Part shown: positions 35,430 to 48,979 of the stretch, piece after piece
How the letters are laid out: each line of letters starts with the position of its first letter
How positions within the stretch are numbered: the stretch's first letter is position 1
Source of the DNA: Cetorhinus maximus
Lineage: Eukaryota
Assembly (NCBI RefSeq): GCF_964194155.1
Contig: NC_135899.1
Coordinates: 54,808,001-54,872,000, forward strand
Reading direction: 5' to 3'
Length of the DNA: 64,000 nucleotides
Position numbers and translations under genes: made by a program
The notes under the pieces: generated by a model
Seen by the model: only the letters and a program-made list of their open reading frames with translations
Databases searched by the model: none
Told to the model about the DNA's origin: nothing

Positions 35430-36150
35430 CATTGAATCATAGAATAATACAGCACACAAGTGCCTGTGCCAGCTCATTGAAAGAGCAATCCAATTCGTCT
35501 CACTCCCCTGCTCTTTCCCCATCGCCCTGCAGTTTTTTTTCTCCTTCATGGATTTATCCAATTCCCTTTGGAATGTTATTATTGAATCTGCTTCCGCTCC
35601 CCTATCAGGCAGGGCATTCCAAATCTAGCAACTTGCCGTACAAAAAAAAACACCTCATCTTGCCTCTGATTCTTTTACCAATTAACTTTAATTTGTATCC
35701 TTTGGCTACTACCCTTCCTGCCGTTGAAAACAGTTTCTACTTTTTTCACTCTGATAAAACGCGTCATCATTTTGCACATCTCTGTCAAATTTCCCCTTAG
35801 CCTTCTCTCCACTGAAAAGAACAACCCAGGCTTCCTTAGTCTCTCCACATAAGTCTCTCTCTCCTGAAGTCCCACACCCTTGGTACCGATCCGGTAAATC
35901 TACTTGGTACCCTCAGGACCTTAACATCCTTCCTGAAGAGTGGTGCCCAACATATTCCAGCTGAGGCCTAACCAGTGTTTTATAAAAGTTTAACTTAACT
36001 TCCTTGCTTTGCACTTTACACTTCCATTTATAAAGCCAAGGATCGTTTATGCTTTTTTGACAGCCTTTTCAACTTAGCCTGCCACCTGAAAAGATTTGCA
36101 CATCCCCCAGGTCTTTTTGTTCCTGCATTCCCTCTAAAATTGTACCATTT
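35430..36150 (-). mobile_element. CR1 3' fragment
   Basis: Minus-strand ORF YVERLRKPGLFFSVERRLRGNL plus CR1 tail. Confidence 0.85.
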
Positions 36151-36524
36151 AGCAACTTGTTTATATTTCCCTTTGCTCACTGATAATTAGAATCATATAT
36201 AATTAATTAGAAAGTAACTATTGTAATTAACTGCAATGTCTGTTGATAAATATGTTCCATGGTTTGTCTATTCATTGGTGTCTGAGCTTAATCTGCTTAG
36301 TCTATGAATGTTTTATTTCCCAATGGATTTTCAAAAGATTCATTACTTAACCTCACTGTTGGCCAACAGAGACACTGCAGGGTTCATAAGCCTGAAAAAT
36401 GTTGAGCTGAAGTAGCATTATGCAAACTTGGCAAGGTATCACTATTCGGACATATCAATCAATCTCTACAGTGTTTTTCTCTTTTAAAAGTTGTTAAACA
36501 TTTTTGTTTTCGCTTCAGTGTTTG

Positions 36525-36830
36525 AGTAAACAAATGGGGCACTGTTTTAAGACTAGGGGTCGCCCTTATAGGACAAAGATGAGGAGAATTTTTTTTCTCT
36601 CAGATGGTTGTGCGACTTTGAAACTCTGTCTCAGAAGGCAGTGGGAGTGGGGTCACTGAATATTTTTAAGGTGGAGGTAGGTAGATTCTCGTTAGGCAAG
36701 GGTATCAAAGGTTATCGGGTAGATGGGAATGTGGAACTCGAAACACAGACAGATCAGCCATGATCTTATTGAATGGTGGAGTAGGCTCGAGGGGCCAAAT
36801 GGCCTACTTCTGTTCCTATTTCGTATGTTT
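36525..36830 (+). mobile_element. CR1 3' end
   Basis: ..gatcagccatgatcttattgaatggtggagtaggctcgaggggccaaatggcctact.. Confidence 0.85.
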
Positions 36831-36949
36831 GTATTTTCGTAAAAAGACTAGATGCACCAGCTATTCAGAATCATGGATGATTCCAGGTGTTCCTGATGTG
36901 CATCCTCTATTTGCTTCCCCCACCTACCTTTCTACAATCCATGGCCAGC

Positions 36950-37355
36950 ATCAGCTATGGGTAGCACTTGTGCTTGTGAATCAGAAGGTTGTGGGTTCAA
37001 AGCCCATTCTGGAGACAAAAGCATTAAAAACTTAGGTTGACACTCCATACAGTACTTAGGGAATGCTGTGCTGCTTTTGGATGAGGTATTAACCTGCCTC
37101 ATCTGCCTTCGAAAAGCGAGTGGCAGCATTTTGAAGAAGAGCAGGGGATTTATCCCCAATATCCTGGACAAAACTTATCCCTCAATCAACAGCACCAAAT
37201 GACATTATTAATATTATAACATTGCTCATTGTGGGATCTTGAGGTGTGCAAATTGGCAGTCAAGCTGCCTACATTACAACCGTCACTACACTTTAAAAAT
37301 ATTTCATTGGCTGTAAAGTGCTTTGGGACATTGTGAAAGGCATGACATAAATGTT
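36950..37355 (+). mobile_element. Deu-domain SINE (SacSINE1/AmnSINE-related)
   Basis: tRNA-like head (ggtagcact..gaatcagaaggttgtgggttcaaa), Deu-like core (gaagaagagcagggg..tgtgggatcttg..gtgcaaattgg), tail gtaaagtgctttgggac; family assignment from recall. Confidence 0.75.
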
Positions 37356-38419
37356 AGTCCTCCTCCACTGATTCTGCAAGGCAGATCTGGTCCTTTTTGG
37401 GACAGTATGTTTATATGTAGTGCGTGGAGATTTTATTTAAGACTGTCAAAAACTGCTCATCAAGTGCTGATCCTTTTTTCCAGCAACACGGTGCTTCAGT
37501 GCTGCTGATAGATAGTGGGACACTTGGCCAAGTTAAACGTGAATGCAGTTTTTACTCCAATCTTCCTATTTTAGGTTGTGCTTCTTAACATTGAACCCTC
37601 CATCATTGAAAAAAATCTCTGGCTCATCTTTATCAGTCACCTTCATAAGTATTGAAACTCCCATTAGCTCACCTCAAATACTCAATAAAAACAACTCATT
37701 ATTCTTGACCCTTCATTAAAATTGGATTATTGAGGCTTATCATCTTTATTATGCCGCAATCCCTCAAGTCCATAATAGTCTTCCTGTAGAATTGTAGCCA
37801 GTATTGCACACAGTTCTCCAGATGGGGTTCAATCAATTCCTTACACAGTAACAGCATCACCCCTTCTCATTTGTATTCTATTCTTCTACTAATGCAGTCG
37901 GTAGCTTTTTTTTACCTTTCTTTTCAGCAGCAATGCAATCGCACAATGATTCTCAAATTTATTTTATGATCAGTCCAGGACCGTTCCATTCAACACATAC
38001 ATCCCATTTTGGTCCCTCGCTTTCGTACTAATTATTTTACATAATCCACCCAGTGACCCAACTGAGAACTAGATGTCAGGTTCAAATGCAAATATGCAAA
38101 TAATTTGAAAACTGAATTGCAAATGTGCCTTAAGATAAGACAATATTGTCTGAGATCACAAAGTAATTATAAATTTCATTCTTATCATGGATTAAGAATG
38201 TTTCAATTAAAACAACATCAAAGTTGGCTGGACAGTGCTGAACCTTAGAACTGAGAAAGGACACTGGTGAGGCGGCAGTACCCTAGGCATTAGTTCTCGT
38301 TGGATTTCTGTGGTTGTCTCAAGTTGGTTTTATGACACAATATATCTTGAAAGGGGGTGTATGTCTATGTTTTGTATAAGCTTCTGTGTCTGTGGGTCTG
38401 TATATTGCTGCCTATTTAG

Positions 38420-39570
38420 GCGGAATTTAATGTAGACGACAGGGGTCTCACCCAATAGCTGGAGAGCCTCTTTCTTGAAGGCCCACCACATTATGTGCCA
38501 ATCAGACACTTTACTGGGCAGCAGCAGGCCTTCCCCAGGATCAAGGACCCAAGAGCGGAAGACCCACCCACCGAAAACTAGCAGCCAATTAGAGGCCAAC
38601 GGCTCTTTATTGCTCAGCAGTGCCACCAGGGAATCAGTGGGGGTTGCTAATAATGCATGCGCCCAAGGTCTAGGGTTGCTGAGGGACCCAGGCAACAGGT
38701 GGCGGGAGGGATATCGTGGGGAGGACGGGGGTCAGCAGCAAGGGCAGGGAGGTGTGTCTAAGCAGGACCCCCACCCTCCAAAAACCCCACAAGTAAACCC
38801 AATGGGGTTTGTTCTTTGGGCTTCCCACATGCGAGTTCCCAGCCCACCACAGGGTGAATACCAATGATGGCAAGATCAGGCCTTTAACTGAGCATAAATT
38901 GCCCACTTAAGGACCTCAGTTGGCAGCAGGGCAGGAAAGCTGTCCACGAGCATTCCCACCGCGAACTTAATTGGGAGGCGGGAAGGCAGTGGGGTCCCTA
39001 CCTGCCACTGTCCCACCATATTAAATGCCCCCACCCATCACCAAACTCGCCTCACGAAAGGGCTTTAAATCCTGGTCTTTGTGTTCATCTGTCGGGGGCT
39101 GGGGGGGTTGGCGGGGGGTGGGGGGGGGTGCACGTGGAAGGATTCCCCTCTCTTTCACAGGAGCCTTTGGTGTGGGGGAGGTCAGAAGCCTTGGAGGGGA
39201 GGGAACATTGGACGGTTATTGTTTGGGTGACCAATTGTTGTGAGTTGGAGAGGCAGGTACACTGGATCCACTAGACAAGTAGAAAGGCTTGTATTTTGGT
39301 TCCAACAGTCCTTGTTTCTCTGTAGCTATTGCATTTCCCAAGTCTCAGGAAACTAGATAGGCCAGAGTTAAATTTAAAATGATGCATAAATATGAGGCAC
39401 ACAGCCTCATTATAATATTTAAATTGTCAGTCTGCCTTCTGAGAGTTTGCTGGTGGCTTGACCCTCATTCCACCTCCATTAAAACTGGAAGTGGGCAGGT
39501 TGGAGTCGGGATCAACACTTTGACCTCCCACCTGACAAAAACCTGCCTGTTTTTGATGGTTAAAATTCCC
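38420..39570. mobile_element. Two adjacent decayed MITE-like fragments
   Basis: GC-rich blocks with aggcggaattt.. start and taaaatccc/taaaattccc-type ends; boundaries approximate. Confidence 0.4.
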
Positions 39571-40174
39571 CTCTCTGTGTCTTTTTGATTATTAAGTTCT
39601 ATCAAAACTGTTTCAGCCAAATGAATTATATTAAATGCAAATCATCCATATCTCTTTGTAGGTCTCTCCTTTCCAAAATATTAATAGCACAAAGCTCCAG
39701 TTAATAGCCATAATCTATCATCAGTCATGCTTGTGATATACCAATATTTATCAATATTCTCATTGTAAATACATGACCTGCAACTCTGTGACATTGTTCA
39801 CAATCTCTGTGGGTCTGCATAAAAGAAATTAATGCATTCCAACAAAAACACTTTCTTTATTTGATCCTTCTGCTATTGATGTCATTAATTTCACCTCCTT
39901 TTGGCTTGTTTTATTTAGTCATAGCTGCCCAACTAGTCTGATTTCTCCTCTAATGTATCCTGCCAACATACACAGAATCTATTCTTCACAATGGCATATT
40001 CAATGTTAATTAATTGCTCTAATTATTCAGGGTCTGCTATTCCCCTTTGAGTCCATATAACATGCACCGATCTACAAGCTGCCTCCTTATAAGATTGTAG
40101 CGTTACAAATGAACCTCTGTGTAATGGGCTCCAGCCTAAAGGTCGTATATAGAGCACGCCAGAAAACCTCACCC

Positions 40175-41117
40175 AAGCCCAGATTTTCGCGCCCAAGTCG
40201 GGTGCGCAGAGACAGGAGAACCTTTAAAAATGGCAGCCCACGGTTCATATTTTCATTCCGGGGGACAAGCTAGATTAAAAGTTGGGCCTGTCATCCCCGG
40301 AATGAGTGTGGAGGCTGCCGGGTGCGGATGCAGATATGCTCCGGCACTTTGTTGAATTAAATTTTAAAAAGGTTAAAACAAAAAACAGCCCTCCAGCCCT
40401 CACATCCCCACACACTCTCCATGCCAACCTATGCCACCTCATGCTCCCCACCCATCCTCTCCATGGCCCCTGATATCTCCTATGCCAACCAATACCCCTA
40501 TACAAACCCTAATGGCCCCATAACTCCAACGCTCTCCACATCCATATGTTCCTTTATAGCCCCTAAGCCAATGTAGTGCCAACACATGCCACACACACGC
40601 CACCCTTTGCCCTTACCCTCTCCATGCCAGCTCACCTAGTATCCTTTGACAGTTCCTTGGTAACTTTGACAGTTCTTTGACAGCTAAGATATTTCCAATT
40701 AGTTTATGCACTTTTTACTTACAGTTATGTTTACTTTTAACAATCCCAAAGCATGCCTTATCTCACCCAAAGGCATCCTGGGACCATAGCCAAAGGAGTA
40801 CCTTGCGTCTCCAAAGGGATACCCCGGCTATCCAAATTAATCCACCAAGTTCAGACCAGCGCTTACCTGGTCTAAACTGCACGTGCCGGGTTTCACACTC
40901 CTGGCCTGCCAAAATCTCACTTTAGTGAAGGGATCTGATGAGTTAAATGGCCAGCTGTCTCCATAAATTGTGCATGCACAAACCCCAGCCTGACTGCAGT
41001 CCCACCACAGTGAAAAGAGGAAGTGCTGTGTTCAAAGGCGGGACTTAGGATTTCCAAGCTCGTCCAACATTTTCACCATAATGGAGAAGCTTCCTATCAT
41101 GGCAAAAATCTGGGCCC
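40175..41117. mobile_element. Harbinger-like MITE (family with internal ttgacag repeats)
   Basis: Ends agcccagatttt / aaaaatctgggcc; similar internal segments at 48980-50798. Confidence 0.6.
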
Positions 41118-42299
41118 TCATAGAGGTCTTTAGACCTAGGTTTTGTTATGGGCTTTTCAGAGTTGTATGGTTTTAGAACTTGCATTTTATGGTGTTTAAT
41201 TAGTGTGAATGATATCGATCCAAACCTTCAAAATAAAATGTTATTTGGGAAAACTAAACCATTAAATAAGTTTCTTAATTCTAACTTGGGTTTCCTTTAT
41301 ACCACCAGGTTGTGAGAAACTGCACAACCAAGGTTGAAATCAACAGTAACAAGGTTATGTAGCTGAACTCAGGATTTTTTGGGTCAGGGTCCTGGTCAAT
41401 GTCATCTCATATCAAACTGTTTCCTAAGCCTCTGCCAGCCTTGAAATGTATCAATTTGGATTCTTTGGCTTCGCTGCAAGTAGATGGCATGGCAATACAT
41501 AAACAAAGCTCTGGGAAAAAGGATTTACAGATAATCAGCAGGAGAAAGCGTAATAAATATTCACATTGTAACACATAATATTTTACATCAATTGCTGTTA
41601 GGATATTGATTTTGTTTTTAAGCTTCATTATCGCAATTGCTTTTTCTCTTGTATTAGAGATAGGCTGCAGTCCAATTAACTACTTGCCCAGATTTATTTT
41701 TCGATATCTGAGAAGGTGAAGGAAAACCCACAAAAAAATCAGCTGAGACCAACATTTTTATTATCTCCCACATAAGAAAATGTCAGTCTGTGCTTGTGGT
41801 TTTGAAAATATTTTGTAAAAAATATTAGACTTGTTGGCACTGGAGTCTGGAGCACAGGCTGAGTGGACACAAACAAGGTTTGAATTCCCTTTGCCCGCTC
41901 CGTGTAGCTGAGGAGTTTATAAACCCTCAATTGCTGTCCAACTTGAGGCCTGGGCCATTTTAACCCACAAGGCCCATTCTCAACAGACATAATGGAGACT
42001 TAAGAGTCCATGCAGATTTGCTCTAATGGGTACCTCCAGAAAGTATGTTTGAAGCACAAGATCACCTTGATAAGAAATACCTTCGGGAACATTCACAGAT
42101 TTAGAACTTTGCTGCATGTTGAGAACTCCAACTTACTGCAAATTAAAGTGAGAGAATGGGCTCATGTTCATTTGGATGACAGTGTATTAGGAACCTTAAT
42201 TAGAAAGCACTGTGCATGTCATTATAAATTGTCACAGCCACCCTGGTTCAGCAGAAATACCATTTTCCAATATCAGAAGACCTTTCAGGGGGCTGACAG

Positions 42300-43116
42300 A
42301 CGCCTGGTGTGTACACTCTCAAGTGGAGTGCTTCCTGTTTCTATATTGCCAATGGCAATATAAACTAACACAGGCTTCCAGGGTCATCCACCTGCCATTG
42401 ATAGCTTTACACTCTGAGTAAATCTCCACTGACAGCACAAAGTCCAGCAGGGTTGAGGAAATCAGGCCCACAGCAGGCCCAGTGTTCCAGTCAACATTTT
42501 CTGAAGTAATAATGAGGCCCTGCTACCAACACAGCAGTGGTCCTCATGAGCGTAGGATTGTTGTATAAATGTGAACACTCACCAGAATTCCCAACTGTGG
42601 GTGAGGGACCATCCATGGTGTGTTAAATGCCTGGTTCAAATATGGACATTGGCAATCTTAGGGCCTAGCCTGCTCAATCACTTCCTGAGAATAGGTATAT
42701 ATCCTTTGATTGTTAAACTATTGTGCCACTGTATTTACATGGAGCAGCACCTACATCATTTCCCTGTGGATAATAGCATCAGCTGGACAGACCTCCCCTG
42801 AGTGCAAGGTGTTTTCAGATTTCATTGATGGTGACCATTAGTTTTCCTCATAGCCAACCTATGAACAGAACTTATGCTTAATGATCAAGTGGCATCTGCC
42901 ACATAAACATAATTTTGTAAGTCAGTGGTCAAGAAGTAACCATGGCTCCATCAGTAAGCACAGTGGCTCCTCTATAGTAGTGAGACCTAGACAACATATG
43001 CTAGGTAGGAGAAACGCCTGTTGTGTACACTCTCAAGTGGAGTGCTTCCTGTTTCTACGGAAAGAACACATTGCCAATGGCAATATAAACCAACACAGGC
43101 TTCCAGGGTCATTCCA
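42300..43116. repeat. Pair of ~90-100 bp direct repeats (42300-42390, 43014-43116)
   Basis: Near-identical tgtgtacactctcaagtggagtgcttcctgtttcta..ttgccaatggcaatataaac..acacaggcttccagggtcat. Confidence 0.9.
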
Positions 43117-43189
43117 GGTCAGTTTGCACCTTTGCTGTCTCACGCAGATCCTCACACTCTCTGAGCGATAAGGTCACCAAATCAGAGGT

Positions 43190-43510
43190 CCTGGAGTGTG
43201 CTAATTCAATCAGCATACACTCATTATTAAGCCAATGACCTCTGCACTGGCTCGGCTGCATTCATCAGATGTGTGAGATGGCCATATGCCCGAAGATCTT
43301 CTGTACGGTGAACTGGCCACTGGGTCACGACCTGCTGGACATCCATACCTCCGCTACAAAGATACCTGCAAGTGAGGTATGAAGATGGCAGACAAAACCA
43401 CAACTGGGAGACAGTCGCCGACAGCCATGACCTTTGGAAGCTGACAGTTTAGAAGGTTATTGGAAGCGGTGAGGAGAAATGGAAATCTCAGCTGGCCAAG
43501 CAGAGGGTCC
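43190..43510 (+). mobile_element. RTE-clade LINE 3' fragment
   Basis: LHWLG..H..PEDLLYGELATGSRPAGHPYLRYKDTCK motif characteristic of the RTE ORF C-terminus. Confidence 0.8.
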
Positions 43511-45519
43511 AGAGACATCTGTAGACCTGGTGGTGGTGGTGTGTTACAGTTTACTCAGGGAGTCCGAGTTGTTATGGCAATATTTACTTTTATATGCATG
43601 TTGTAGTCTGGATCTATGGATAGTGATGATAGTGGCTCCAAATTTCTTTCCATTGCACGACTTACTAGGAATCCCACCCACTTTTACCACCTGCCATGTG
43701 TTGGAAGGATTTGCAGGTTCATATTCAAACTGTTTGGTCACATTATGAACGCAACTTCCTTGGCCATCAACTCCTGGGGTGAGACTCGAACATAGAGCTT
43801 CTCCCTCAAAGGCAGGAACAATGCCCTCAAGACCTCTCTCAGTGGGCTTGAGGTCAGCTCAATCCAATTTTTCTCATTAATGAAAAATTAGGGTTTCTGC
43901 AACAGGATGTAACTTCCAGCCAATCAATGATCTACCTTGATACTAACTAATAAAGCAGTTGCAAAACTCAAAATAATATATTAAATTTGGTGCTCGCATC
44001 ATGCAGTCCTTATTTTCCTGTCACCCTTCTGAGACACACAGTAAAACCTGCAGCTGCTGACTTCTACCAATAATGGAATTGAAGATCTCGAAAAACTGTA
44101 GATCCCACATGTATATCCACAGCATTCCTAATACACTCAGAGAGAAATTTGCTTTGCCTTGACAATTAGGAACACTCATTCCCAGATTATTTAAAAAATC
44201 TGAAGTGTTGATACAGATCCTTCGCTCACCTCACTTCCACACACCATGTTTAATGGTCCAACTTTCACAGAAGACACTTTCCATGCAAAAAAGAGCACCC
44301 TGCATATGTAAACCTCATAAGAATTAAATATAAGCCACTAACGAACTGTAAGGTCCCTTTATTTTTATTTTGCTCAGGTTATTGCTGAAGAAACTGTAAG
44401 ATTCCTTCTTCACTTTAATTCTAAAGATGCTTGCAACTAGCAAAATTTAAGGATGCTTGAATAGTTGTTATTAAGGCATGTATCTCGAATAGAATTATTT
44501 TACTCTACCTCCTGCCCACTCCCCCCATGTTAGTTATGAGAGATTTTTTTATTGAGGAAGGCATGCTGAGATGCAAGAACTGGTACATTACAGTACTGGC
44601 AAGTAGCGATAATAGAAATGCCCAGAGTTACAGCAGGCAGCTGTGTAACAGCTGTAACAGTTAATACACAGCTGCAGGCCAAATGCCCAGCTACAGCCTC
44701 GCTACTAATCTGTGCTCTCACCACTTTCTGGGGATGTAAGCGTGATAATTAATTTACTAATCTCAGAAGGGAAAGGCTCTATGACTGGAAGCTACAGCTA
44801 ATTTACTCTCTTAGAAACATTTCATAATTTTCCATCTTTTTGACACTGATAACACAGCATTGGCTGGCTCCCCAACGCATATTGACTTTCCCTTGCAGTT
44901 CATGAGATTAGTAACCACTATTGTTTTTCAGGATCTGCTATAGTTTTGAGAGGTTTACAGCTAAGTCACACAAATCTTCCTTTGTTGTCATATTAGTGCT
45001 CTACAAGTGCTAAGTAATGACTAGTTTATTGAGGGAAGAGGAAATAATAGCTCACCCAGACGTAAGGTGTTGTTTTTAAACCGTGCAGAGAGAGCACAAG
45101 GAAAAATCCCAACACAGAGCCTTACAAGACAGGACTGGTGATAACAAAAGTGGGCCTATAATGCTAAAGCCCTTTTTCTGAGTAGAGCTATCATTTAGAC
45201 AGGTCTCTCTCTCTCTCTCTCTCAATCTCTCCCTGCCTCTTTTTCTTCAATAAGAATTCATGTATAAATGAAGACTGAGTGTGTTACAGTATTCCATGGG
45301 TGACAGAAGCCTTTACCCATATAACCACTCAATGTGCGAGTCTAAACAGTTAGGTATTGGCAGGTTATTCAAGTGTTAAGGATCATCACAGCTAGGTTTG
45401 ACCCTCCCTTAATCCAACCCCACTTTCCAGTAGAACTTGATGAATATCAGTCAGAGGCAGGTTTTCTGGCTTGCCTGCTCTTTCTGACCTCATGGTCACC
45501 AAAAGAAAAAAAAATGCAT

Positions 45520-45900
45520 TCACATAACAACTTCCATGTTCCTAGGGCATTATAATTAAGCACTTGAGTGCAGTCACTATTGTTCTGTAGGCAAGTGGGA
45601 TAGCTAATTCGCAAGGTGTCACAAATTACAATAAGATAACTATGCCTGCTAATCGGTTTTATGATGTGTTGATTGAAGGATAAGTATTGAGCAGGACTTT
45701 TCAGCCTTGGGGTGTTTTACTACATTAAAGGCTCTGTATAAAGGCACAAGTTGTTCTTGTTGTTTCTGGCCACCTAAACAGGCAAATTGGGCCTCAGTGT
45801 GACATCATTTCCTGAAGGTAGCACCTCTGATAATGCAGCACAAGACTGACGGAGTGGGACTTGGGCCCCTGCCATCTTGACTTAGATACAAGAGCACCAC
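45520..45900 (-). mobile_element. Deu-domain SINE fragments, decayed
   Basis: Reverse-complement similarity to 36950-37355. Confidence 0.5.
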
Positions 45901-46944
45901 CACCACCACAGCTATGCTGGCCTAGCCAATTGTCGCATCCCAAACACCTCCTTAGTTGAGATGAGCTAATTCAGCACAAACCAAAGTTGGAATCTGAGGT
46001 GCTGATCTATATAAATAAACAGTACACTAACCAGTGATTTGACCAAATCAGCCATGAAGTGAAGGAGAGATAATATTCTGCTTCCAGCTCAGTTATGGTG
46101 TGGTTTTAAACGCAAACTAAAGCCTCTGATGCAATATACCTTAATCTCAGCTGTGCACTATCTACAATGAAAGAATAACAGGTGCAATTCCACTCATTTT
46201 CCCTCTGGCCTTTTTGATTGATATTGTAAGTATGACCCAAATCAGAAGTAGCTCAGTAATTCCCAGAGTTAGTTTTTGAATGAGACAGTCCATAAAAAAG
46301 AACGAAGAGGCTTTGCAAATAAATCAGTGTAGAAATAAAGATTATTGCAGCTGCAATCTGACAAATCACACCTCACCTGAGCTACTTTATAATGTTAGAA
46401 TTCTGAATCTGTTTGTGTAATGTTACGTGTTGAGCTTACTGCTTGAGCATTCAAATACATAGACAATTGCACACATAGGTTCTCTAATGTGATTTTTATC
46501 ATAACACAATCATGTTCTTTCAGCAAGAAAAACAGTTTCCATCTTTGTATTACCTGCCAAGGGGCTTTGGAATTAAAGTGACATTTCCATTAACCCCAAA
46601 CAGTACCATTTACTCAAAGCACAATCTGTTACATTCAGTGCTGAATGTGCATCTGATTTTCCAGATATGAACTCCCAGCCACTCTAAACAGTAATGAGAA
46701 CTTTCCAAATTGAACTCAAATTGAAAGCCTACCCGGTGTTGAAGATACATTTCCATTTGAGGAAAATATGTGCATCCCTACCCCTGAGAGTTCAAGAAGG
46801 TTTATCAAAAACCACTTAGGACTCCAACTTGCAGGAGCTTTGGAGTGACAAGGTTGGCAGTAGTTCATATAAAATTGTACAGCTCCATCTAAAGGTGGTC
46901 TCTTCACTAACCTTACCCCTCCACCCTGGAGTCATGTGTGTCAA

Positions 46945-47090
46945 CAGTGGCTCAGGTAGTAGCACTCTTGCCTTTGAATCACAAGATTTGGGGTTTAAGT
47001 CCCATTCAAGGGCTTGAGCGCAAGAATCAAGAGTACTTCAGTTCAGGATTGAGGGAGCAGTGTACCGACAGAGGTGTTGTCTTTTGAATC
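46945..47090 (+). mobile_element. Deu-SINE 5' head
   Basis: tggctcag..tagcactcttgcctttgaatcacaag..gggtttaagtccc A/B-box-like head. Confidence 0.6.
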
Positions 47091-47099
47091 ATCCTGGAA

Positions 47100-48800
47100 T
47101 ACAAGTATAACACCAGCCTCTTTTCGTCCACAGCAAACCATCTTCATAAACACCTCTTCCCTGTCTCCTCCACCCTCAGCTCCAACAAGTATGAGGAGGT
47201 CATGGACTTGTTTGTTACTAAGATTAAGACAAGCTGTTCAGGTGCCTCTGCTGCTTCCCTGCCACTGGGCCAACCTCGCTATCCCTCCACTTCTCCCCCA
47301 TCCTAGCTCTTGTTTTGGATCTTTCTCCACATTCTCTTCAGCCTCCCATCATACTCTCCCTGAACTCATCTTGCCTATGAGATCCGCCTACTGTTCCCTT
47401 GGTCCTAGTCTCATCAGAAGCTGACCACTGAAACTCTTTCCCATAACATGTCAGCTGAATTTGTTAACGTTTCCCCCTCCTCGGGTTCTGACCCCCTCCA
47501 CTTCGTTGTCCATCTCAAAAAGTCCACCCTTGACCTCTCTGTCCTTGCAAATGACCACTCCATCTCTAACCTCTGTTTCCTACCCAAAGCGTTGCCAAAG
47601 AGACATGTTGTTGCCTCCCAAATCTGTGCCCATCTTTGTCGCAATTCCACATTTGATTTGCTCCAATCAGGTTTCTGCCCCTGCCACAGTACTAAAATGG
47701 TTCTTATCAAAGTCACAGATGACATTCTCTGTGACTGTAACCATGGTAAACTATCACTTCTCACCCTTCTTGAGCTGGTTGCAGCGTTTGACACAGTTGA
47801 CCACACCATTCTTCTCTGGAGCCTCTCCTCTGTTGGCCAATTGGGTGGGGACTGCTCTTGCCTGGTTCTAATCTTATTTATCCAATTGTAGCCAGAGAAT
47901 CCCTCGCAATGGCTTCTCTTCCAGCTCCTGCACCGTTACTTCTGGAGTCATCTAGTGACCTGTAGTTGGTCCCCCGCCATTTCTCATTTACATTGGCAGC
48001 ATTATCCAAAAATGCATCAGTTTCTACATGTATTCTGATGACACTCAGATCCACCTCACCAACAATCCCCTTGGCTCTTCCATTGTCTTTGATTTGTCAG
48101 CCTGCTTGTCCAACATCCGCTACTGGATGAGCAGAAATTTTCTCTATCTAAATATTGGGAGCCTGAAGCCAGTGTCTTTGGTCCTCACCACCTACTCCAT
48201 TCCATAGCCACTGATGTCATCTCTATACCTAGAAACTGCCTGAGGCTGAGCCAAACCTTGGTGTCGCATTTGACTCCGAGATGAGATTCCAACTACACAG
48301 CCGTTCCATCATGAAGGTGACCTATTTCCACCTCCATAACATTACCAGCCTCAGCTCATCCGCAGCTGAAACCCAAATGTGCCTTTGTTATTTCTAAACT
48401 TAACTATTCCAATGATCTCCTGGCTGTCCTCATATCTTCCATCCCGTATAATCCTGAGTTCATCCAAAAGTCTGCTGTTTGTGCCTTAATGCATACCAAG
48501 TACAAAACAGCCATCAACCCTGTGCTCAAAGGGTGTACATTGGCTCCCGGTCCAACAATGCTTCAATTTTAGAATTCATGTTCTTTTTTTGAATCCATCC
48601 ATGGCTTCACCCCTCCTTATCTCATTAAACTTCTCCAGTCATTTAAGCCTTTGGGATTTTTACATTTTGTCAATTCTTGCGTCTCCACAATTTTAATCAA
48701 TCCACTAAGGGAACCGTGCCTTCAGCTGCCTGGTTCTCAAACTCTGGAAATCCTTCTCTAAAATTCTCCACCTCACTTCATCTCTCTATTCCTTTAAGAT
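47100..48800 (+). mobile_element. L2 LINE RT and 3' region, decayed
   Basis: ORF 47448-47891: ISNLCFLPK..QSGFCPCHST..LIKVTDDIL..LLELVAAFDTVDHTILL; YSDDTQ at ~48030. Confidence 0.9.
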
Positions 48801-48979
48801 ATTTATTATGTTAAGGATTTGACTCAGTTTTTGAAAGGGTTAAAAATTTAATTGAAATAAAATACAGCTAAAAAATCTTATGAGAAAATCACACATATTA
48901 ATTTTACACACATACACACACATACAAGATACAAAGGCCTTGAGAACAAGCTTTCCCAGACAGAAAATAAGTTGATAAC

